A DNA stretch of 64,000 nt from Chrysomallon squamiferum (taxonomy: Eukaryota; Animalia; Mollusca). Of this stretch, positions 14,786 to 26,170 are shown one piece after another. The DNA is taken from contig CM022670.1 in NCBI GenBank assembly GCA_012295275.1, positions 39,122,001 to 39,186,000 of the forward strand, in the 5' to 3' direction. Under the pieces are notes generated by a model, which was not told the DNA's origin, did not search any database, and worked only from the letters and a program-made list of their open reading frames with translations. A program made the translations under genes and the position numbers. The first letter of the stretch is position 1; every line of letters begins with the position of its first letter.

Positions 14786-15450
14786 GGGTTTGCACACAGC
14801 TTGAAGCTCAGACCTAGCACCTGATGCAATCATTCTTCCATTGATTAACTCGGAGGTACAAATAAGAAAGTCTTCAGTTTACTTACAAAGACAGATTCAG
14901 CGACAGTGTGTTTTACCAGTGACAGTGTTAAACTGGGAGCTCATAAGCAGTTGGGCAGCAATTAATCAAATTCATTTTTATTTATTCATTTTTGGGGATA
15001 TTTAAAGAAGTTTTGCAAAGGTATTTAATGCATTCTGTGAATTTATAAAATGTTGTCGCTAAAATTTAAAGATCTTTATGAAAATAATTTTTGTAAGTAA
15101 TCATTTAAATGGACATTGTGCAGTCAGTCATGTGCTGCCTGGTTACTTATGAGTCATTTTGTATTTTTTAAATTCTGAATTTTTGTAACATTATTGTCAT
15201 TATCACCAACATGATGCTGATGATGATCTTGATGTTGATTATTATTATTATTATAAAGTCAGAATCATTATGACATTGCATTTTTCTACAATTATTACTG
15301 TATTCATAATGAATACATCATCACCATTATTTTTATCTGTATTGAATTATATTTTAAAATTACTTCTGTTTCAGTCTTGAACAAACCTTGTTTCACCAGT
15401 TTCCATCTTCATTTGTTTCCTGCATCTTTGACTTGATAAACTGCAACATC

Positions 15451-16723
15451 ATGCTGACCAAAGTTCTCACTGGACAGTTGACCTTCAGGTCCATGAAACC
15501 ACTTGACCTGTCCAAGTGTACCAAAAGGTGAGTTTCTTTTTTTTTCTTCTAAATCTGTTAGATTTGTCTAAATCTTCATAACACAGCTGTTATATTTATT
15601 TAACTCTGTTTTTTTTTTTTTTTTTAACCATTTTGATGTTCTTCTGTTGATTCTTTGATGTCTTGGTGACTTTGCATAATCCATTTGTGCCTCAGTAACA
15701 GTTTCAAGAACCTACTGGTCACTTTATGACATTTTTTACATAAAACCCATCAATGTTTAGGTGTCTAATACTAACAGCAAAATTTGCTGCTGCATTTTTT
15801 GACTGTTTACATATGCCATGTTCGTTATGTTGAACATTTGCAAAGTTAGTGGTTACTTCTGTGACTGTTTACTAAACATATTAACATTATTTATTTATTA
15901 TCATTTTTGTTGTCTTTGTTGTTTTGCTGCTGTTGTTGTTACAGGATGAGAATCTTTATCCAAAATGCTTGGATTTAGAAGTGTTTCAGAACTCGTAATT
16001 TTAAAAATTTTGGAATTCAAGGAGGATTCCATTTATATTTCACATACAGCTTATACCGATAGTCTGCAGCATCCTTTTTTAAATAATAATTTTAATAATT
16101 TAAAGCATAAAATAAACTGAGCATGTATTTCACTACTTATTTGTGTATGCAGAACAATCTGAAAACTGTAAGATATCAGTGCTTCTGCTGCATTGAAGAT
16201 ATTTTTGTTTTCTGAGTTTTTCTGTTAAGGGATTCTCAACCATTATAGTTGTTGTTGTTTTAAAAACCATGCATCCTTATTTATTATTTATCAGTGATTG
16301 TCTCACAATGGTATGACTGTTTCAAAATTACTCTGGCTGTCTTCAAAATTCCCTTCTAAGTGGAAGCAGCATTCACATAAATATATATACTGTGTTTATT
16401 TAAAATTAGTTGCTTGATTTTTATTTCTTTTTTCAGCAAGTTCCTCCTTAGTCTGAAACACATATCACAGCATTATTATAAACAGACTAGATAACAGTGT
16501 TTAGAACTGGAAATAATGTAAAGGATGTATTAATACAGTTTGGAAGCTGAATTTTGTCGGTGTATATTCCTCACAATTTCTTCTTAATGTTATTCTTTAA
16601 AGTATCCTTACAGTGTTTTGTGTTTTGTGCTTTTCAGACAAATACAAGACTACTTTGAAAACACCTATGACTTGTACGAAAGTCTGTTTACATCTCTTAA
16701 AGGTACAGTCATTTTATGCACAC

Positions 16724-16762
<39 letters not shown>

Positions 16763-18177
16763 TTTCAAAGCCTTTCACTTTTTCAGTCTATCACCAAAAA
16801 CGTATAGAAAATTATTTATTATTATTATTATTTGTTTTGTATACATACACACATACATACACGTATTTGAACAGATATTTCAATAACTTTTTGTTGATTT
16901 ATTTTTTATTTCTTTCACCATTCATCATCATCTCTCTTCTCAAATACTTCTACCTTTTCTTCTTATTCTGCTTATTTTTCTTGAATCTTTTTATTTTGTC
17001 TTTTCTATTTATCCTTCCTTCAGACATATAAGAATAAAATACTTTATTGTTTGTTTTACAACTGAGTAATGATAGGCTATTTTGTGTATAAAATACAGCC
17101 TGAAATGTAGCTTGTTTTATCATCTGAGTACAAAACAGTCTCAAGACATCAAATAATAAGACATATTTAGTTTTATAAGATATTCAGGTTTCACGCATTA
17201 GGATCAAAAGTTGCATGTTTTCGATGACGTCACATGTTTGTGCGATCTGTCACAGTTTGCATCACATGATGTCCAGTTGTCATGGCAACCAGTGATACAG
17301 ATAGATGTTCTGAGGTTCCTTCAGCCATTGATGTGAATAATTAGCACATAATTAAAACAAAATGTTTATAAAAATAAAGGTTATTGTTGTTTAAAAGAAA
17401 AATATAATTTTTTCAGCCTTGTGTTACTCTAGGGAAGAGAATCGATTTTTTTTCGTAAATCAAAAAGAGCTTGACATCAGATGCAAACAATTATTAATTT
17501 ATTATTTTTATTATTATTTTTATTTATTCTTTTGCTAATATTTCTGTTTTAAAAATTATATTTTAAATATTCTGTTCATTTGTTCTTGTTTATTACATAT
17601 ATATCTGGATGAAATCTGTGTATACGAACATAAACCAGCTTATTTTATCTGTTCTGGTCTCCCAAATAAAATTTATTCTTTAAAATATGCAATCTCAACA
17701 AAAATAAAAAAAATAAAAATAAAAAATAAAATAAAATAAAATAAAATAAATAAAATGTTTTTAAAAAAAAATCAAAAAATAATATAAAAAAAAAAAAAAT
17801 AAAAAAAAAAAAAAAAAATTTAAAAAAAGAATAAAATAGACTGAATTCTTATAAAACATTTTGAATAAAAAAAAAAAATAATTAAAATAATATAAAAAAA
17901 TAATAAAAAAAAAGAATAAAAATATTTAAAGAAAAGAATTTAACAAAATAAAAAAAAAAAATAATAATTGAAATAATATAAAAAATAATAATAATAAAAA
18001 ATAAAAAATAATAAAATTTTAAAGAAAAGAATTAAAATAGACAAAATGTATTTTAAAAATATAATTAAAATAATAAAAAAAAAATTTTAAAATAATATAA
18101 AAAAATTTTAAAAACTTAAAAATAAAATAAAAAAATTAAAAAAAAAAAATAAAATATAAAAAAATTAAATAAAAAAA

Positions 18178-18231
<54 letters not shown>

Positions 18232-18755
18232 CTTGACTGCAGTGAGGAAATTAAAGCACATTGTTCAATTCAGATGACACGGTGTTCTTCAAGTGTCCCG
18301 ACCGACTGCGCCTTCCTCTGATTTTTTACTTTGCTCACACCGCAGCTGTGTACGTCAACAAGCTGATGCTAGCGGGAATGCTGAAGGTACTGATCACACA
18401 GGACGTTTACAGTCAGAAATCTTTCTACGTTTCACTTCACTTAGATTGCTAATTCAAAAACACACATGTATATATAAATCCAGTTAATCGTTCTTTATGT
18501 ATTTTGAGTTAGGTAGGTTATATTTTTTGAAGAATTTTTTTTTTTCAACTGATAATGAAGAATATTTGGTCTTGGGGTGGAATGTATCTTTAAAAATATT
18601 TTGGTCAGGAAGGGAAAGCTTCTTGAAATTTAATATTATTGAGGTTGGGAGGATCACTGTTTCATTGGGGGGTTTTGGGGGTTTTTTGTCGTTTTTTTTT
18701 TTTTAGATGGGCAGTTATTTTGTTGGCTAGTTCATTATTTATTTATTTATTTTTA

Positions 18756-18806
<51 letters not shown>

Positions 18807-21800
18807 ATTATTATTATTATTATATTATATTATTAGTAGTAAGATTACCGATTATCACCAAGGGTTTTATATGCCATCTGTGTGCCAAAGAGATCTGATC
18901 CACTAACCCTTCATTCCACAAGAGGAATTTATTAATTAGGAGTAAAACTTTGAGTTTTAAAAGTTGACTGAATTGTTTGTTGTTTTACTAGAGCTGATTG
19001 TTGTCGTTGTTGTTGTGTTTTAACAGGAGAGAATTAACCTTGATTTCGAGACCCTGTTTGAGACTGGAGTTGACGAGATGTCCTGGGACGATACTGTAAA
19101 TATTTATTTAATTAATTACCTGTCCTTTTCTCTGTCTATCTGTCTGTCTGACTGTCTGTTTAGATAGTTACAGCGATAGAACTTGTATTATATTATCACG
19201 TGTATTATTGTTTATCTTCTTGTTAGTAAATTGTATGTAAGATTAGTATGTAAAGATATTGTCGATTTAAATTTAATCATGTATTTTAAAACATTTTTTC
19301 ACTTTTTCTCGTTATATTTATTATATTTATTTCCATCAGTTCTTATTTAAAAGCCTTCAGAATGATTTTCAGCCATTTTTGTTAAAATAATTAATTAACT
19401 TATTTATTTATTATTTTTTTATTTAATGTTAAATTATTATATATATATTTTTTTTAATTTGTTTCTTTGTTGTTGTTTTTTTTAAATTGATATCCAAGAA
19501 CAAATCATGTAAATTAATTTATTCTTTTTCTGTTTTCTTTTTCAGGAGAACTACCGCATGGGCGGATCCTATCAGTGGCCGTCTGTTGACGATGCTGTCG
19601 CCTACCGCTGCAAGGTGCGCAACATGATTCGCAAGGTCATTGAGGACATGCCACTAGAGCTGCCCGTTACCATGGAGAGTGCATGGGTGTGTGTTCATGC
19701 TTTTAGTATTGATTAGATATTATTAACCCAGTTTCTGTATTCAAAACTCAAAGAGGTTTTGCACAATTTTTTCAGTGTATAATGGATTTAAATTCTTAAA
19801 TTTTTTTTCTGTAATAAAAGGCTTTGAAACTGATAATAAAAATCATTCTATTGGTTAGGTAAATTCAAATTAAAAAACTATTTTTTTTTTTTTTAATTTA
19901 AAATTTTAATAAATGCACAACTTATCTGCAGCATTGTCTGTATTTTAATGTTTAGTTTAGGACTCTTTCAGATTAAATAAAATTTTCAGCATAAATTTAA
20001 ACTATTTTAATCCATTCTGTAATTTTAAAAATTTAGGGCTGCAAGATGCATTTATTAAATGATATTTTAAAATATATGTAAATACTGTAAATTCTTATTA
20101 AACCAGTTATGAAAGTATAACTGCATTCCATTTTGAATGAGTAGATATATTAATTTGGATTAAATCCCAAATGAATTTTTATGTGAATCTAGATTAATCC
20201 AGATTGTGATAAATTATTTTAAAATTAACAGGGTACAATTTTACAAGTTTTGAAAGTTTAATTATTAATTTGCTTTTTAAAGTGAAGTTAAGTTTTTAAA
20301 ATTATTTTTTAACAGATATTTATTTAATAGTTTATAAATTAATAATAAAGAGAAGGGAAAGATAATTAAAAAAACCCACATTTATATAATCTTTATTTCT
20401 TTTTCTTTTTTAATATGTTATTATTTTGACATTTTAATGAGAAAAGTTCTAAAGGACAGTTGTACAAAAAAATTATTTCACTAGATTCTTTCTTCAGCGG
20501 TTCCACCCAAGCCCCATTGCCCCTTTATAAGACAAAATATAAAAAGTAAAATTGAAAGACACCAAACTATTTTTTTCTTTATATTAATTTTATATATATA
20601 TATATATACATTTTAACATTTTAACTTTTTTTTTTTTTTTTTTTTAATAGAATGAGTTGAATATTTTCAGTGGGCTCTGTTTATGGGAATGGAGCATGAA
20701 AGAATCCATCTTGAAACGTCCTCTGTACTAATTCACCAGCTTCCCGTTGACATGGTAACCAAGCCTGAAGGATGGGTCTATGGCCCAATTAAGTGTGGTA
20801 CAGTAACTGTATTATCACATTTCACCACTGACTTTCACATGTAACACTACCTTTATTTTGTGACAATTGTTTTTAATACTCCTTTCAGTATTATTTCATT
20901 TTGATTAAGTACTGTACTGCACTTTAATAAAATGAGAGTTGCTGATTATTTATGTTATATAGTATATACAGCTTGTTTATATTTTTAATATTTTCTGATA
21001 CGTTATTTTAAAATTATTATTCAACTTTATTTAGTTACTAATGTGTTGGTGAAAAAAAAAAAACTGTTTTACTTTATATTTAAAAATGTAAATTTTATTA
21101 ATAATGATATTATTATTATTATTATTATTATTATTACTGAAAACTATTTTCAATTTTATATATTTTAAATAGTCTTAGCAAGTGTATGGTTGTTGTAAAT
21201 ATACAGTTAAAATAATCTGTTTCTGGAACACAAAAAAACATTGATTGGCATGTCAAATTTCAGTATTAGAATTTTGATTATCCAAACAAATGAAAATATT
21301 TCCAAATATTTATTTCTTTTTTAATTTTTTTTTTTTTTAATTTTTTTTTTTTTTTTTTTTTGTTTTATTTTTTATTGGTGATTCAAATTAATGATAATTT
21401 GAAAGAAAACATCTTGATAATATAACACTAGTCATTATGTTTAAACAAAACTTGAAAGTAACTCTTTGGGATAATAAACTGGTGACTGAATGAATTTCTG
21501 ATGAGCAGTTTTTTCAGTAAGCAACTTTCCTTGATAAATATCTCAGCTAGTTTAAAATATGGATGAGTTTGATAGGGGAGATCACTCTCAAGGGCATCAT
21601 TTGCTGAGAAACGGTTGATGAGACAAACAAAGTAAATTATTTGATAGTGACACTAAGTGGACAGTGGGGACAAAAATGTATATCCCTTCTTTCCACTTGG
21701 TAAAGTTTTCATGTTTTCTGCAAAATTAACAACACAGAAAACCTGGATGGGGAAAAACATTAACTAAAATTACAACAAAACAAGTTTTAACAAATGTAGA

Positions 21801-23109
21801 ATGGAGAAAACTATATATATTTAAAAACCCAAAACTTATAAATCAGCTTCTTTGTGTTTGATAAAGGAGAAAATGTGATTCTGTATTTCCTGATTTTTAC
21901 TGTTCTTTATAATTTATTTGTTTTCTTTCTTCTTTGGTTTTTTCCTCCTTTTTTATTATTGTTATTTGTTGGGTTTGTTTTGGGTTTTTTTAATGGAAAA
22001 TATTAATTTGCTTTTCTTCAGGGGAACCAGTGAGAGAAAACCCTCTTGTGAAGGTCGAAGGTCAGGAGATAACTCTTGGGAAAGATGAAGACTTTCCATC
22101 TTATGGATGGGACAATGAATATGGGAAACTGAAATGCTAGTCAGTGTATTTTTTGTACTCAACCATTCATTACCAGTCATACATTTCTTATATTTGTAAT
22201 AAAAGTTACCTTTTCTTTAACATATATATCATGTTTCTGTTCAGTGGTTGTACCAGGCTGCCTGTATTTTCATGTATTGTTTCTTTTTACTAATATCAAG
22301 TATATTCTTTTTTTTTTAAATGCTGATTTGAAAATAATGATTTAAAAAAGAACTTGACTCAGCTGAATGTTAAATTTTGCACTCGTATATAATAAATTCA
22401 AAAGAATAACTCTGGATAACAATTTTAATACTGTCAGTTGAATTATTAGTTGAATAAAGAACTTATATATTGCTGATAATCTGTGATGGACTATAAAGTG
22501 ATTTTCGTTCACGTTGTTGTTGTTCCAGTGTTCCACCTTTCGAAGCATCCAAATATTCAGTGACAAATCGTCAGTTCCTCGAGTTTGTTCAAGATGGCGG
22601 CTACACAAAAAAAGAGTACTGGACTAAAGAAGGTTGGAAGTGGTTACAGTTCAGAAAGGCCAAACATCCTACATTCTGGGTTTGCAATGAAGGTAAGAAA
22701 CAAAAAAAATATTTTTTGTATTTATTAAAAGCAAAATATCTCCCCTTTTTCTTGTTCTTAAATGCTGTCATTATTATATGAATAAAAACTGAACTCATAA
22801 CAATATCCCAGAACTATCATTACTCATGACTTTGTATTTAACTTTCTGAAGTAAACACATGATAGTTTTTATTGAGGAGAGGACAAGGTAGACAGATGTT
22901 TTAAGCAGTTTGTTGTAATGATTTAAGAGAATAATGAAGTCTGGTATTTTCAGGATGCAAGTCAGGTTGTGGGTCAGACCTGTCAACTTACAGTCACTGC
23001 CAGCTTCCTTCACAGAAACAGCTCATTACAGGAAAACAAGAAGAAAATGGACTCCAAAATGGCAGCTCCAATCACGTGCAGTATATGTAAGTGAAATAAC
23101 AGACAGAAA

Positions 23110-23177
<68 letters not shown>

Positions 23178-23292
23178 TACAAACACACACACACATAAAC
23201 ACACACACACACACCACTTGCATAAACAGATGTGTTAAATAAGGAAATTAAAACAGAACTGTTTTATTCTTTTATTATTATTATTATTACTA

Positions 23293-23343
<51 letters not shown>

Positions 23344-23949
23344 TGTTTAAAATTTACTAAATTTTAGTTTTAATTTTTTAAACTTTATTTTTATAACAAA
23401 ACTTTAAAAACCTAAGTAGAAAATAATGGCAGACAGTTACCGAACTTCTTTCTACATATCTGTCAACTTTTTTTTTTTTTTTTTTGAAAACACACTCACC
23501 CTGCCCAGAAAATTCAAGTACACATGCCTTGGGCAAAAAAAAACCAGGAGCATAATTATCTTCACAACTTGTTATTTTGTTTGTACTGCGCAGGTATCGA
23601 GCAATGTTTGATGTTATTGCACTGCCACTGAACTGGCCAGTCGAGTGTAACTACCATGAAGCGAAGGCTTTCTGTGCATGGAAAGGCGCTGACTACAGAC
23701 TCCCCGGTGAAGCTGAACACCACACCCTGAGAGGAATCCCTGTGGGTGACACTTTATAACGTCGATGCTAGTACAAGCTCATAATAATTTTAAATCAGTT
23801 TTAAATCAGTATGGACTGTAACAATGGTGGGGAAAAGTCCTGTCTGAGGGTTTAAAATTGCAAGGATATGAATGAATTATATTATCATCCAGGTGTTTTG
23901 AGTTACAAATCAGCTTTTTCTTTTACCACTCGTGTTTGTCTTTTACTGT

Positions 23950-23980
<31 letters not shown>

Positions 23981-24158
23981 TTTTATTTATTTATTTATTT
24001 ATTTTTTTTTTTTTTTACTTTCTTGTTTATTTACTTATTTATTTTTTTATTTACTTTCTTATTTATTTACTTATTTATTTATTTATTTATTTATTTACTT
24101 TCTTTCTTATTTATTTACTTATTTATTTATTTATTTATTTACTTTCTTATTTATTTAC

Positions 24159-24189
<31 letters not shown>

Positions 24190-25548
24190 TTTTTTTTTCG
24201 TTTTTTTATAAGCAGTAAAAATTCATAACTTAATTCTCTGAATTTTGAACTGTTTTGTGATTATTGGTCTCAAATTTTTTAATAATTAATCTTCTTACGT
24301 AATGTATTTGTTTTTAGTTTTGCAGGTATTTTAATTACTTTGTCACATTAATTAACAAGATCTGAAGGTTTGTTTTCTGTTTTTGTTTTTTGTTTTTTAA
24401 CCAGGATGCGATAGGTAAAGATGTAAGTTGTGACATCATCTACCACGACAAACTCGAAGCCAACTTGAACTTCCAATATGGCTCCTCTACTGTAAGTTAA
24501 ACAGCACTTAAATAAAAACTCAGGTTTTTAAAAAATACAGTTTCTGCAAGAGTTAATGAAAAGTAAAAATAATTATTGTATGGTACAAAAAATTAAATAT
24601 TTGTAATTATGAATATGGATACTTTATCACATGTGACTTCTACCGAACTAAGATATAAAAAATCACATTAATATTGCATATCACTATGGTAACCAGTAAT
24701 GTTTTGCTATCGCAACAATAACATACAATGTATGTATAATATGCCAGTATAATGTCTAATAATAGATAGATAGATAGATAAATAGATAAATGGATAGATA
24801 GAGATAGACAGAAGGATAGAGAGTTAATTACAATCTGCTATAATGACTGTAATACATGTTTGTATCTATCTGTTAATATAAATATGCAATGTGTTTAATT
24901 ATAATATATATTTATATATTTATATAAATACACTATATATATATATATATTCTAGTAATGTTAAAAAACACTGGATGTTTCAGCCTGTCAACATGTACCC
25001 ACCGACAAAGGCTGGATTCTGTGATGTGTTTGGCAATGTCTGGGAATGGGTTGAGGATCACTTCAACGGGCTGCCTGGATTCAAAAGTCACAAGTTCTAT
25101 GATGATTTCTCTTCACCCTGCTTCGATGGACAGCACAACATGATTCTGGTAACTAGCGTCCATTGATAGAAAAACATAGATTCCACATTCTCCAGATTCA
25201 TATAAAAATTTTTTTTTTTTTTTTGAAGAAGTTATACGAAGAATCTTTATTAAAATAGTCTCTCTAGGTCTGCTTCTGTAATTTGTCTGAAATTTCATTC
25301 CTGAAAGCCTCTTCAGGTATTAGTTGTTGTTGTTGTTGTTGTTGTTACTGTTATTGTTACTATTGTTATTAATATTATAGTTACTTTTATTACTATTATT
25401 AATATTATAGTTATTGTTATTATTATTATTAATATAGTTATTTTTATTATTATTTATCATTATTAATATTATAGTTATTTTTATAATTATTATAATTATT
25501 ATTATTATTGTTACTATTATTAATATAGTTACTTTTATTAATATTATA

Positions 25549-25581
<33 letters not shown>

Positions 25582-26080
25582 TTATTATTATTATTATAAT
25601 TATTATTATTAATATTATTATTAATGTTATAGTTATAGTTATTGTTACTGTTACTGTTACTGTTATTGTTATTGTTATTGTTTCAGGGTGGATCTTGGAT
25701 TTCAACAGGAGATGAAGCGTCACGTTTTCCCAGATTTGCCTTCAGGAGACATTTTTTCCAGCATTCCGGTTTCCGAGTAGCTCGCAGTCTCGCAGAGAAC
25801 GAAGTTGTCAGCCTCCCCATCAGACTGATCACTTCGGAAATATTCATCCCTGGCATTGGAGTTCAGGGTAAGACTCTGTAGCATGTATCACTGAATACAC
25901 TCATTAGTTTTATAATTTCTAGACATCAACATTATTTGACTGCTTTTGACCATTTGCAAGCCATAAAAAAAACACAAAAAAAAACATGGTGTGTGCTGTT
26001 TTGTTAATGGCAAGAGTTTAAATAGAAAATTTGCCAAGAAAATGTGTCTGTGAGAATTAGAGTGTGTGTATCTGTATGTC

Positions 26081-26170
<90 letters not shown>

